The notes under the pieces were generated by a model. It saw nothing but the letters and a program-made list of their open reading frames with translations, had not been told where the DNA came from and made no database searches. From a virus, in the IMG/VR virus record IMGVR_UViG_3300017613_000748: a stretch of DNA of 55,850 nucleotides. One strand, written 5' to 3'. Every line of letters starts with the position of its first letter. Position 1 is the stretch's first letter. Position numbers and translations under genes: made by a program. This document shows, one piece after another, positions 1-9,579 of the stretch.

Positions 1-121
1 AATCCCTGAAATCCCGTTTTCAGCAGTTAAATCTCCTCCCCCCCAGCTATTTTTATGTTTTGAAAGGAAGCCCGCAACACAATAAGCAAAAGGAGGGCCT
101 CCTCCAGGAGTCCACCACTGC
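1..121. repeat. Terminal overlap: bases 1-121 are identical to 55730-55850 (circularly closed or permuted genome, unique length 55,729 bp)
   Basis: Base-by-base comparison of the two window ends. The repeat lies inside an open reading frame. Confidence 0.9.
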
Positions 122-1884
122 TCATACCACTGCTTCTCTATCTCTAAAGAGTCACCTTCATAAGTGTTGTCTGTAGTGCCGGTTGTATTTGTTGTGTCCC
201 TGGTGAATTTACCCAGATATGCAGCTTCTGCATTATCCCACGGAACTATTAACATTGAATGGTGATGTTCGTTGGTAGCAGTATATGAAAACAGTCTTGA
301 TTCTTTATCGCCCTTCCATACATCAATCTCATAGCCATCCGCATTATTCAAATCTGCTTGGATTTGAACGTCAATACCTGGCATTGCTTCATCATAGGGA
401 TCACACATACGGTTGTAAGCAGAACCAAAACCATTCCAGTTAGGTGTATCAGCAGGGTTGTCACAATCGTTAAAGGTTGTTTGGGTTGTTATAGTTACGC
501 TGGTATTCTTCTCCTGCCACGTACTCGAATTAGATGCATAGCCTGAATAATCTACCCCTCCAAAAGAGAACCCATTCGTACTATGATCTCCCCCTCTCCA
601 TCTTCTGGTGTATGTTTCATTCCCCTCTCCGCAAACGTGTACTGTTCCTGTATAAGTATCCCCTTGGTTTGTACCCCCTGAATTACTCCATGTAACTGTT
701 TGCAGTACATCATCACTATCATAATAACAATATATTGAAATACCTGAATAGGAGACTGTTTCATCAAAGTTATTAGGACAACATTCAAATACGTGTGTTA
801 TATGCCCTCCGCTGATATGATCTGGCACCCAGATAATGCCCCAGGTTTGTTTGGGAAATTTAAAAGATGAAGCACTCTCCGTTGTGACTTCAACCGTGAA
901 CTCATCATTCGCGAATGTGACATCCACATGCGCTATCTGAGTGGTGTGGTTGCTGGTGCAATTCTCTTTCGCCAGCACACAGGAAGCGCGGCTACCATCC
1001 CAATTGTACTTCCAGCCAAAAGCAATCGGCCCTGGCATATCAACTGGCAAGGTTATCGGGCAGGAACTTACCAACTCCCCTAGCTTCGCCTGACCAAATA
1101 GGTAGGCTTCGTGCTGTACCAACTCCTCAGCGGTCAAGCTACCGGAGTTTTCAACCAGCCAGGTTTGCAGTTCCGTACCTATGTCGCTGAACGTGATCTC
1201 ATAAAAATCAAATGTAGTGGTTCCGCCAATGATAATGAAATAACGAAAATCAGAAGCCGAATATAGCCCAGCAGTCGAAGGCCAATCATAGCCCAAGATT
1301 ATTCTACCAGTGGTGTCATTGCCAAAGGTCAGGTTGATCTTTGTCGAGCCAGAGTACGCATAGTTAGGAGACTTACTCCCATACAAACACTGGACAAACA
1401 GTCGCAACCTGCCGGAGAACATGCAGGCCGGCACGGCTAACTGCGTGATCTTCCTCTCGCCGCCGCCAGGAACTGCCTCACTGGCCAAGCCGCTGGCATA
1501 TGTCGCGCTAACCAGGCCTGTATCTCCTAGTTGAGCCAGCCGTTGTGGACCACCTGCATCATGTGCCGCTTGAATCTGATCTCCGTAGTAAAGGTATGCG
1601 GGAGTAGTAGATTGAACCTCTCCAAGATGAAGCAGTCCAGACTCCAGGTAGAGGGTATATACAAATTCCCCTTCTGGGGTCTCTATCTTTATGTAATTCC
1701 GACCATATAAAGACGCCACTTCAATGATAGTTCCATCTGCAAGAGTACGCCGCCATCTTAATGACTTTATGCGATGACGTTGCATTCTCTTTTGAAGAAT
1801 ACCAAGGAATTTACGGCCTAGATTTACATGCTCTTTAGTGGCATTACCAATCAGCTTTACGCCTTTCGGCCCTATATATCTCAT
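1..1884 (-). CDS. Virion (tail/nozzle- or fibre-like) protein: first 628 codons of a 725-aa ORF that crosses the circular junction and continues 55729->55436
   Basis: ATG at 1884-1882 abuts the TAA of the upstream gene. Manual translation is open to base 1. 1884 nt is exactly 628 codons and stays in frame with the listed ORF 55436..55708 through 55729-55709. Confidence 0.75.
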   Translation of the reverse strand, partial: MRYIGPKGVKLIGNATKEHVNLGRKFLGILQKRMQRHRIKSLRWRRTLADGTIIEVASLYGRNYIKIETPEGEFVYTLYLESGLLHLGEVQSTTPAYLYYGDQIQAAHDAGGPQRLAQLGDTGLVSATYASGLASEAVPGGGERKITQLAVPACMFSGRLRLFVQCLYGSKSPNYAYSGSTKINLTFGNDTTGRIILGYDWPSTAGLYSASDFRYFIIIGGTTTFDFYEITFSDIGTELQTWLVENSGSLTAEELVQHEAYLFGQAKLGELVSSCPITLPVDMPGPIAFGWKYNWDGSRASCVLAKENCTSNHTTQIAHVDVTFANDEFTVEVTTESASSFKFPKQTWGIIWVPDHISGGHITHVFECCPNNFDETVSYSGISIYCYYDSDDVLQTVTWSNSGGTNQGDTYTGTVHVCGEGNETYTRRWRGGDHSTNGFSFGGVDYSGYASNSSTWQEKNTSVTITTQTTFNDCDNPADTPNWNGFGSAYNRMCDPYDEAMPGIDVQIQADLNNADGYEIDVWKGDKESRLFSYTATNEHHHSMLIVPWDNAEAAYLGKFTRDTTNTTGTTDNTYEGDSLEIEKQWYEQWWTPGGGPPFAYCVAGFLSKHKNSWGGGDLTAENGISGI

Positions 1885-2349
1885 TTAACTGGATGATACT
1901 CGCCTGGAACGGCCCTCAACCAAGACGTCTGCTTGATCCAGGGTCATGGTTCCACCATCCACGTTCTCAATCTTTACCTGAACGTGCCGGCTTTGAGACC
2001 CACGCGCCAGCTTTACAACCTGTTCGTGTAGATTCCCGGCCCAAGCAACTGCTGAATATACGTTATCAGTCTCTACACCTTTTTCTTCTGTGGTTATCGT
2101 GGCAGACAACCCATCAGAAGCGGTCCCGCCTAAGTACAATCGCGGGTATCTTTTGATAGTCGGGTCATTCATATCCATCTTCCCTGTCTGGATATATGCG
2201 TCAATATCCGTTCCGTCATCATCAGAGCCGGTTAATTCCATCATCCCGCCCGTTAGAACGCCATAACACCTACCGTCAAGCACAGACAGCACAGACAGGG
2301 ATAGCGAATACTCAGACACTGCTAAAGTTTTGGTATTAAGCGCATACAT
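1885..2349 (-). CDS. Hypothetical virion-module protein (154 aa)
   Basis: ORF in the minus-strand structural operon. TAATG overlap with the upstream gene at 2347-2351. Confidence 0.7.
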   Translation of the reverse strand: MYALNTKTLAVSEYSLSLSVLSVLDGRCYGVLTGGMMELTGSDDDGTDIDAYIQTGKMDMNDPTIKRYPRLYLGGTASDGLSATITTEEKGVETDNVYSAVAWAGNLHEQVVKLARGSQSRHVQVKIENVDGGTMTLDQADVLVEGRSRRVSSS

Positions 2350-3449
2350 TAGACGGTCTCATTAACCGATTGTGAGCCGCGACCAGATAGATTGTAATCG
2401 GCTGCTGAATATATAGCAGATGCCAATGAGCCAATTATTTCTGCTGTCGTGTTTGAAGTTTGGCGCATTGTCTCCAGGATGTATTGAGATTTTTGGATTG
2501 CATGCGAGGTAGCTTTATCAGCTTCTTCCAGGGCAGTCTTCATTTGCAGTTCAGACCATCCACGCCGCTCTGCTTCTTCTGCTATTTCCACCCTCTTTTG
2601 CTCCAGGTAAATACCGTACCGCTTAGACTCTGCATCCAAATACCCAACAGCCCATTTCACTTGCGCATCAAAAGCAGAAGCCAGCCCACTGACAACAGAC
2701 GCATATCCTTCCATGGCGGCGCCCTCTTGCGCCTTGAAGGCCTCTATTTCAAGTCCTTCTTCAGTCTTATAGCTTTCCAGGTCCATACCGGGTTTAAGAG
2801 GCCAGTTCTGAATATGCAGGCCATGCAGTACCTTCACATCTTCACGCAGGAACTCACCCTCAGCTATAGCTTTGTCTTGCGCCACACCAGAGATATCTTG
2901 ATTGGTTTGCTCTTCTGCCTCTTTGAGTCCAATGGCAAGGGCTGCACTTGCACCACCTATACCCATACTGGCGGCACGATAAACAGCGTCCCTCTCTCTC
3001 TTTTCCCCAACCTCTGTTATCCGCTCCGCTTCGCGGTCATAGATATCATCGAATGTTGAGTCATCAATCAGTTTGGTGGTTGCTGCAGGAACCGTATGTG
3101 CGGCAGGCACTGCAGGTGCGGCGTCTACGGCAGCAAGCGTGCCAACAGTCGGTGCAGTTGGGAAAGTCGGCGCGACCGGACCAAGCGCCGAGAAATCAGG
3201 CATAACCGGAACTACGCCAGGGGCATTAAACGTATTATCAATCCCATCTGTTCCAGGGGTATAGTCGATTCCCTGCATAGCGGCAATGCCGTCTGCCACA
3301 TCAGCCTGAAGCGTGTCCAGTGATGCCAGAGCCAAATCCTTTGTTTCCGTTGCTGACTCACTCAAGTCATCGAGCGCCTGCATTACTGCGCATATTGTTT
3401 GATTGGAATATAACGTCGAGGAACAAATGTCGGTCATACCAGACTCCAC
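2349..3449 (-). CDS. Hypothetical virion-module protein (366 aa)
   Basis: Long ORF in the structural operon. It overlaps its neighbours at both ends. Confidence 0.75.
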   Translation of the reverse strand: MESGMTDICSSTLYSNQTICAVMQALDDLSESATETKDLALASLDTLQADVADGIAAMQGIDYTPGTDGIDNTFNAPGVVPVMPDFSALGPVAPTFPTAPTVGTLAAVDAAPAVPAAHTVPAATTKLIDDSTFDDIYDREAERITEVGEKRERDAVYRAASMGIGGASAALAIGLKEAEEQTNQDISGVAQDKAIAEGEFLREDVKVLHGLHIQNWPLKPGMDLESYKTEEGLEIEAFKAQEGAAMEGYASVVSGLASAFDAQVKWAVGYLDAESKRYGIYLEQKRVEIAEEAERRGWSELQMKTALEEADKATSHAIQKSQYILETMRQTSNTTAEIIGSLASAIYSAADYNLSGRGSQSVNETV

Positions 3450-4657
3450 AATATCTGATTAAAATTGTCTTTCTCGCAATAAACGATACTTGCAGTCTTT
3501 CCTTCAACGTCCAGCCTGTGTTTATCATCAGTCAATGGAAGCAATGTACCATCAGGAAACCCAACCATTAGGCCGTTTTCTGAGACAAACAGGGCTATAT
3601 TGTCCATCACTTTAAGTGCAGGTATCTTGCTACCAGGCAGCACCAGCACACCCGCCGCATATTTACGGTTGTCTTTCTGGCTAGTCCCCCACGAACCTGG
3701 TACTTCACCGGCTGTAAAGAACGCCCCACGCTCACAAACGGTCCAGAATCCACCACGCAGACCGGCGCCGGCCAGGATGTCAGATGGCCTGCCCTCTGCC
3801 GTCTTATCCAGTTCGTAGAGGTGGACATTAGGACCAAATGAAGGAAACAGGTATTGGCCAGAGAATGTAATCATCATGCCTTGATAGGAAAACATCCCAT
3901 CCCCCGGAATAGGCGGGGAAAAAATATGAGTTCGGATAGGCTCTTTCGATACAGCCACATCACTGATAGTCACTGGAAGACTACCAACTGCGGACTGTCC
4001 AACATAGGACAACTGCTTTCCATTTGCCTTGGTAGCATAAACCCTTGCTGTTACCGCATTAGGGTCAGAGCTGGTCAGATCGACAGTGATTGCCTCAGTA
4101 CCATCCAAGGTAATGGCAGATGATTTGTCTGCTGCAGACTCTACACCATTAGCGTCCACAAGAGTCACCGCCACAAGGTAGCGGCCTGCAGGCAGGGTGC
4201 CAACAGCTGTTCCCAGTGTTGGGCTCGGAGGAACAGTCATGCCCCAGTTTGTCGCTGCTCCTGCTGCGGTTATTTGTCCGTTCTCTATTCCGTTAGTCCA
4301 CCAGATTGCTCCATAATGCTCATGGAACACGACCTTGGCCGAAGCATTCAGCCCTGTAACCAGGTTGGTTGTAGAGAAGTCTGCAACAGTAATCTTCTTT
4401 ATTGTACCCTGGTCCTGAAACAGCAATAAGCCAAGGGCAGAAAACACGGATAGCCCAGCGGTCGCGCTCACTCGCTCCGTGGTGCCATCTCTGCGTGGGT
4501 ACCGGCCAGCATCATCAAAGTCTACGTTGACGGCGGCTACGCACCTGCTAGGCGCTGTATAGCCATTCTGTGAGGCAACCGGGTTGAACACCTGGTCGTC
4601 TTCCGCGTGCAGAGAATCCATGCCCTCAATGAACTGGCCTATAGGGACATTAGGCAT
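3434..4657 (-). CDS. Hypothetical virion-module protein (407 aa)
   Basis: Long ORF. Start overlaps the stop of the 134-aa gene at 4657. Confidence 0.75.
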   Translation of the reverse strand: MPNVPIGQFIEGMDSLHAEDDQVFNPVASQNGYTAPSRCVAAVNVDFDDAGRYPRRDGTTERVSATAGLSVFSALGLLLFQDQGTIKKITVADFSTTNLVTGLNASAKVVFHEHYGAIWWTNGIENGQITAAGAATNWGMTVPPSPTLGTAVGTLPAGRYLVAVTLVDANGVESAADKSSAITLDGTEAITVDLTSSDPNAVTARVYATKANGKQLSYVGQSAVGSLPVTISDVAVSKEPIRTHIFSPPIPGDGMFSYQGMMITFSGQYLFPSFGPNVHLYELDKTAEGRPSDILAGAGLRGGFWTVCERGAFFTAGEVPGSWGTSQKDNRKYAAGVLVLPGSKIPALKVMDNIALFVSENGLMVGFPDGTLLPLTDDKHRLDVEGKTASIVYCEKDNFNQILWSLV

Positions 4658-5061
4658 TATTCAGGCTCATCGGTAACAGGGCCATCAGGACGATCACGAA
4701 AGATTGTAAATTTCAGGTCGATCTTCAGCTTGGTTTTTCCATCTCTTTCCATCTTGGCGGCATAGAAGCGCGGCGTAACGGTCAGCGCAGAAGGCTTGTT
4801 GGTCAGATTCTTATACCACTCTTCACCCCTGGCAATAAAGGAGTACAGCACCTTCCTAGGATCTCCGGTAGACGGAGCTGCCAGTGCGGCAGTAAGCCCA
4901 TGGTCGGCAAGTGCCGCTATCGGGATCACCAGATCAGTGCCATCCACCGTCATACCCGGAAACAGCGCATCTGGATCTGACTCATACCCCGAGGCTGGTT
5001 GCGGCCAAAAGAGCGCAACATCATGGCCCGGAATATTCCTGCCTGGTCCTATGCTGTACAT
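4657..5061 (-). CDS. Hypothetical virion-module protein (134 aa)
   Basis: ORF translationally coupled on both sides (overlaps at 4657 and 5061). Confidence 0.7.
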   Translation of the reverse strand: MYSIGPGRNIPGHDVALFWPQPASGYESDPDALFPGMTVDGTDLVIPIAALADHGLTAALAAPSTGDPRKVLYSFIARGEEWYKNLTNKPSALTVTPRFYAAKMERDGKTKLKIDLKFTIFRDRPDGPVTDEPE

Positions 5062-5519
5062 CAGACGTCATCCACTGAGTAATCGCCGGTCTGCCATACG
5101 CTGTTTGTTCCAGCGAAGGCTTGGCCAGTCTCATTTAACACACCTACCTTGTAATTCCCGTTTGGCAGTCGAACTCCTGCTGCCGTAAGGTTTCGCGCAG
5201 TTACTGCGGCATCCATCGGGAAGGTAACATCGCTACCATCATCATATTTTGCGATGTAGTGCTTGGCTGTTATGAGAGTGGATGTATCGCCATAAGTGCC
5301 GTTTACTTCCGGTACAATCAGCAAAGATACAGGCTCACTAGCGTCCCTGGCCGCTCCCTGAATACCAACCGCAATCAAGAAATTAGACAGCATATTCCTT
5401 TCTGCGGTGGCATCGTTAGATTGTGCTGGCCCCAATGCCGCTGTGTCATCTGCCAGCGTTGCAAGTCCGGATATGGAAACAGCTGCACCAGTTCCAGCCT
5501 CTGTGAATTTTGCAGTCAT
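5061..5519 (-). CDS. Hypothetical abundant virion protein (152 aa)
   Basis: ATG 5519 preceded by a GAGGA SD. The gene sits directly after an intrinsic terminator, which suggests separately tuned expression. Confidence 0.7.
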   Translation of the reverse strand: MTAKFTEAGTGAAVSISGLATLADDTAALGPAQSNDATAERNMLSNFLIAVGIQGAARDASEPVSLLIVPEVNGTYGDTSTLITAKHYIAKYDDGSDVTFPMDAAVTARNLTAAGVRLPNGNYKVGVLNETGQAFAGTNSVWQTGDYSVDDV

Positions 5520-5535
5520 TTGTCTTTTCCTCGGT

Positions 5536-5563
5536 CATAAAAAACCCGCTGAGTTAGCGGGTT
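5536..5563 (-). terminator. Rho-independent terminator (minus strand)
   Basis: Stem AACCCGCT/AGCGGGTT (5543-5550 / 5556-5563), followed on the minus strand by TTTTTTAT. Confidence 0.75.
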
Positions 5564-5595
5564 AAGAAATCTTAACTTTCGATTAACTTAATCGT

Positions 5596-6255
5596 TTAGA
5601 ACTTTCTTGGTCGCACGGTCTGGTTGTTTGGCACTTCTTTTCTGCGTTGCATCTGCTTCGCAGTGGGCTTGGGGCCAAACCAGCGCTCAAACAACGCCAT
5701 TTCTGTTGCTTCTCTTTGTGGATCATAGGTATCGGAATCCTGATCCCCTAATACTTCGGCACAAACCCCATGAACCAGCCCCGGACGATACTCTGCAAGT
5801 ACCTCTAAATCATCTGAGGTATCTTCTATTGTGGTGAGCGGGCGCCGAAACACCTCAAGATTGAGCGTGTCATCAGCTTCTGGAATGTAGACCAGGCGGA
5901 TATTGTTCCCGTACTGGTAAAACCATTTCGGAGTATCTTCAAGCTCCTCCCAGTTATAAACATTAACATCAAGATCACGCTGGGTAATCTGGGTAAGCGG
6001 CAATGACTCTGCCGACAGCTTGGCGCGCATCACCTTAATGATGTACGGACTTAACGCATAGGTATGAGTACCGTCCACAACTGACACCTGGCACACGCTG
6101 GCAGTAGTCTTATCATGAATAAGGAGAGCCCGTTCAGAGGCCTCTCTTTGTACATTATCCAGCGCCCTGCACAATACCGTGTCTGAAAATATATACGGCT
6201 TGACTATATCATCCAACCTGTCGCGCACCGCTTGGATTGTTTCTTCTGTGTCCAT
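5596..6255 (-). CDS. Hypothetical virion-module protein (219 aa); possible head-tail adaptor
   Basis: ORF in the structural operon. The adaptor idea rests on position only. Confidence 0.65.
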   Translation of the reverse strand: MDTEETIQAVRDRLDDIVKPYIFSDTVLCRALDNVQREASERALLIHDKTTASVCQVSVVDGTHTYALSPYIIKVMRAKLSAESLPLTQITQRDLDVNVYNWEELEDTPKWFYQYGNNIRLVYIPEADDTLNLEVFRRPLTTIEDTSDDLEVLAEYRPGLVHGVCAEVLGDQDSDTYDPQREATEMALFERWFGPKPTAKQMQRRKEVPNNQTVRPRKF

Positions 6256-6264
6256 TATCTACCC

Positions 6265-6618
6265 TTAGTCTTTGGTGATGTCTTGCGTGAATTTCATGCT
6301 GCCATCAATAATGGTGAACTTTTCAGAATTGGGGTCAATAACCTGTATGTCATAGTAATATTTGCCCGGCGTCTGGTCTGAGTCAGATAGTGTAAATGGA
6401 AACCCAACTTTACCGGCTGGACCATCTATCACCACGCCAGCAATTTGAAACAAATTGTTTGTATCATCGGTCGGATCTTTTTCGGGATCACAGGTCATCA
6501 GAAAGCTATATCCAGAGCTAATATCAACAATCACCTTGTTAGAGTTGTAGATATAGAATATCTCTCGCTTTGTGTCTCCGCGCCTGCGCTTCACGTTTAT
6601 TTTCGTACTCATGAACAA
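6265..6618 (-). CDS. Hypothetical virion-module protein (117 aa)
   Basis: ORF. The start may be Met3 (6612). Confidence 0.6.
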   Translation of the reverse strand: MFMSTKINVKRRRGDTKREIFYIYNSNKVIVDISSGYSFLMTCDPEKDPTDDTNNLFQIAGVVIDGPAGKVGFPFTLSDSDQTPGKYYYDIQVIDPNSEKFTIIDGSMKFTQDITKD

Positions 6619-6818
6619 GGCCTCAAAAAGTCATCATCTACTAATTCAGCAGTCAAATTGCCTTCCCTGGTGGCGGTCAAATCGCCTTCCCTCACAGCCC
6701 TTAGAAGACAAAACACTGTGGGTATTATTCCTTCCGCCTTTGCGGTGATTGTCAGCTTGATACCTATGGCAGAGATTGACGCGCCAATCCTGGTCTTTTG
6801 TGAACCAGATACAGCCAT
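6609..6818 (-). CDS. Hypothetical protein (69 aa)
   Basis: Short ORF coupled to the stop of the 771-aa gene. Confidence 0.45.
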   Translation of the reverse strand: MAVSGSQKTRIGASISAIGIKLTITAKAEGIIPTVFCLLRAVREGDLTATREGNLTAELVDDDFLRPCS

Positions 6819-9133
6819 TAGATCAACCTGGCATTATGGGAAGATGTTGGCGCAAAAGGTATTGCAGTGATGGTTGCATTATCGCTGCCGTCATAGTCGG
6901 TGATATCAGTTACAACTCCCTTCAGAGTGCCATCTGTAAATACCAACAGTCTGCCGTTATACTGATCTGCCGTTATGCTCGCAGCGGCTCCATCCACTTC
7001 ATCAAGCACAGCATTAGTTGTAGTGCCCCCTGCGGTTGTAAACGTAACCGGCAGGCCAGTAGCAGCATTGGCCACGATATAAGCAAGCTGAGCGGCTGTA
7101 GGTGTCCTGGCTTCCATTTCTGCAACAGTAGGTACGTCAGCAATTGCAGCTGGCAAGGTGGTCCCAGTATCAACCAAGACGGCATCGACATTGGCATCAA
7201 TAGTGGATAACGCGCCAGCATCTGGAAGGGCATCCGTAACCAGCTTGATAGCGTCCACGATACCATCAATAGTTGCTAAGGTTGCTGGGAGAGTAGTACC
7301 AGTATCTTCCAAAACGGCCGCAATCTCTGTGTCCAGATACCCGGCAATCGTAGCTAAAGTAGCTGGAATATCGTCAGTCTGGAGCTCGGCGGTGTCAAGC
7401 AGAATGGTATCAACTATGCCATCAATGGTTGCTAGTGTTGCCGGCAAGGTTGAATCGGTGTCTACCAGGATCGCATCAACCACACCATCTATGGTGTCGA
7501 TCAATGTCTTTAGTGCGCCCAGACCATCTACACCATTGCTAAGGTCCGTCTGAATGCCGTCAGCGACAGTATCAACCGTGTCCACTTTGCCTTCTATTGT
7601 TGAAAGAGTGGCTGGCAGGGTGGTTCCTGTATCGACCAAGATAGCATCTGCGATCCCGTCAATAGTAGCAAGCGTTCCCGGGATATCGTCTGTCTGAAGC
7701 TCGTTAGTATCTGCCAGTACATCAGCCACCTCAGATGCAACAACGCCAAAAGTACCTGCGCCCACATGGTCGGCTTGATCCTCATCCCACACTGCATCGG
7801 CAACTTGACCAGCAGTCGGCGCACTACCAGCAGACCCGAGAGGTGTCATGATATCAATGGTGTCGCCGGCAGCCATTGTGAATACAGCAGGATCTGCGGC
7901 AAGGGTAATTGTCTTAGTTGAGCCGGTATAGTCATCAACCGTACCATAAGCCTTCTGTGTGGAGGTTGACTGGTCAGTAACAACCACAACAGCGCCATTG
8001 TAGGCGTCATCATCTGCACTACCGGCAGTTAATGTGAATGATACCTGGCTGGCTAGTGTTGCGATGGTAGTAGATTGCAGCAACTGCGGTGGCGTGCCGC
8101 CTGCGCCAGTTGTCCAAGCTGCATCACCTCGATCTCTAAGCGCTTCCAGAGAATCAGTAGCCCCGCTAAAGGTTGCGCCCTTAACGTCAGTCAAGTGGCT
8201 CTCAAGAGTGGTTCCGGTATCAACCAGGATGTTATCTACTATGCCATCAATAGTATCAACCTTGCCTTCAATAGTAGATAGCGTTGCTGGTAAGGTGGTC
8301 CCAGTGTCCTCCAGGATTGCTGCAATCTCAGTGTCAATATAGGCTGCAATTGTCGCAAGTGTTCCAGGTATATCATCGGTCTGAAGTTCATTAGTGTCCA
8401 CTAGGATGGCATCAACAACTCCGTCAACTGTATCGACCTTACCCTCCACTGTCGAAAGAGTTGCAGGCAGCGTGGTTCCTGTATCAACTAGGATGGCGTC
8501 TACATTGCTGTCAACCGTTGCAAGACCAGCAGCAGTAGCAAGGCTGGCCGCAGTGATAGCGTCAGCGCACTCACTCTGTACTTCAGCATCCCAAGCAGCG
8601 TTCCACGGAACCGCGCTTAAACCAGCACCAGCAACTCCAATATCATCGGTCTGCCCTTCGATCACCATAAGGTCAGCAGCTATGGATGCACCTGCCGGTG
8701 CGCCTAATCTCGCGTAGTTATCGCCAGTTTGAGCAGTGTGTCCGTCCAAAGTGTCAACCTTAGTCAAATCACCATCACTCTCAACACTAAGAGTATTACC
8801 AGCAGTAATCTTGGGTCGGTACAATTCAATGGTTCTCGTCACAGGGGTCATGACCCCACCGCTGTCTTTGATGTGTAGTACCATCTCCTCAGAGTCATTC
8901 CCTGCTGCAATCGTCATGTCTTCATCAAGAAGCAGGCTGTACACTCCCGGCATATTGGTCGCATCGACCTCAGCAAAAGTGGGAGTTGTATATGCAGCTG
9001 ATGCAGCACCATTGCGTGAGCGATAACAACTGAAATTGCCTACAGTTATGCCAGTCTCCCTGGTTGCGAAATCAGCAGCATCCACAGCCACGAAATAGAC
9101 ATATTGATCAGTGACCCCAGATGGGAATCTCAT
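6818..9133 (-). CDS. Repeat-rich fibre protein (771 aa; tail or head fibre)
   Basis: Seven copies of the peptide repeat [IV]L[VE]DTGTTLPATL[SA]TI[ED]G[KI]VDT plus LQTDDIPGTLATI units. Thr/Asp/Ala-rich composition, located in the virion module. Confidence 0.7.
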   Translation of the reverse strand: MRFPSGVTDQYVYFVAVDAADFATRETGITVGNFSCYRSRNGAASAAYTTPTFAEVDATNMPGVYSLLLDEDMTIAAGNDSEEMVLHIKDSGGVMTPVTRTIELYRPKITAGNTLSVESDGDLTKVDTLDGHTAQTGDNYARLGAPAGASIAADLMVIEGQTDDIGVAGAGLSAVPWNAAWDAEVQSECADAITAASLATAAGLATVDSNVDAILVDTGTTLPATLSTVEGKVDTVDGVVDAILVDTNELQTDDIPGTLATIAAYIDTEIAAILEDTGTTLPATLSTIEGKVDTIDGIVDNILVDTGTTLESHLTDVKGATFSGATDSLEALRDRGDAAWTTGAGGTPPQLLQSTTIATLASQVSFTLTAGSADDDAYNGAVVVVTDQSTSTQKAYGTVDDYTGSTKTITLAADPAVFTMAAGDTIDIMTPLGSAGSAPTAGQVADAVWDEDQADHVGAGTFGVVASEVADVLADTNELQTDDIPGTLATIDGIADAILVDTGTTLPATLSTIEGKVDTVDTVADGIQTDLSNGVDGLGALKTLIDTIDGVVDAILVDTDSTLPATLATIDGIVDTILLDTAELQTDDIPATLATIAGYLDTEIAAVLEDTGTTLPATLATIDGIVDAIKLVTDALPDAGALSTIDANVDAVLVDTGTTLPAAIADVPTVAEMEARTPTAAQLAYIVANAATGLPVTFTTAGGTTTNAVLDEVDGAAASITADQYNGRLLVFTDGTLKGVVTDITDYDGSDNATITAIPFAPTSSHNARLI
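7130..8520. repeat. Diverged intragenic tandem/interspersed repeats inside the fibre gene
   Basis: Recurrent DNA cores such as ggtggtcccagtatcaacc, ggtggttcctgtatcgacc and gtggttcctgtatcaact (reverse complement encodes DTGTT), in two blocks at about 7130-7700 and 8200-8520. Confidence 0.7.
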
Positions 9134-9576
9134 TGTAAATGCCCTCCTAATCTATGGGCGATAATTGTTGCAAATTGATTGTCTATGCCGTGCAGTGGAG
9201 GTGGGATCTCCGTTGCTGCACCAGCAGCATCAGTAGTAAACGATGAACTGCTCACCACATTTGACTCATTTGAAGCAGCATCGTCTTGAACATAATGTGC
9301 ATAATAAACCGTATCAGGATCTAGCCCAGTAAACGATACGTTTTGCTCACCTGACGCAGAGACTGCCTGCGACTCACCGCTTGCCTTAATCGTTGCAGCA
9401 GTTTCAGAAGCATTTGTTGAGGCATAGTAATAAAGGGTTCCGTTACCTTCATCAGTGCTAACCGTACCATCTGCTGTAGTCGATCCGGTCTTTGTTCCTG
9501 TAGGCGAACTTAATACCGGAGCTGTTACATCAGCCTCCGCTCCAAACCTTAATATGATTCTACTTGGTCTGGTCAT
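9130..9576 (-). CDS. Fn3/Ig-like domain virion protein (148 aa)
   Basis: Sequence APVLSSPTGTKTGSTTADGTVSTDEGNGTLYYYAS...FTGLDPDTVYYAHYV has a fibronectin-III-like beta-sandwich pattern. Confidence 0.5.
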   Translation of the reverse strand: MTRPSRIILRFGAEADVTAPVLSSPTGTKTGSTTADGTVSTDEGNGTLYYYASTNASETAATIKASGESQAVSASGEQNVSFTGLDPDTVYYAHYVQDDAASNESNVVSSSSFTTDAAGAATEIPPPLHGIDNQFATIIAHRLGGHLQ

Positions 9577-9579
9577 GGG

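Noticed and set aside
1-121. Genuine direct terminal repeat (T7-like genome ends)
   Set aside because: The repeat lies in the middle of an ORF that is only intact when the ends are joined. An assembly overlap of a circular or permuted genome is the simpler explanation.
552-788. 78-aa minus-strand ORF
   Set aside because: It lies out of frame inside the junction-spanning 725-aa ORF and has an implausible composition. It is a shadow ORF.
7158-8717. Plus-strand ORFs inside the fibre gene (7158..7553, 8034..8342, 8394..8717 and others)
   Set aside because: They are Ser/Thr/Val/Ala-rich antisense shadows of the repeat-rich minus-strand gene. They have no SD and are inconsistent with the orientation of the operon.
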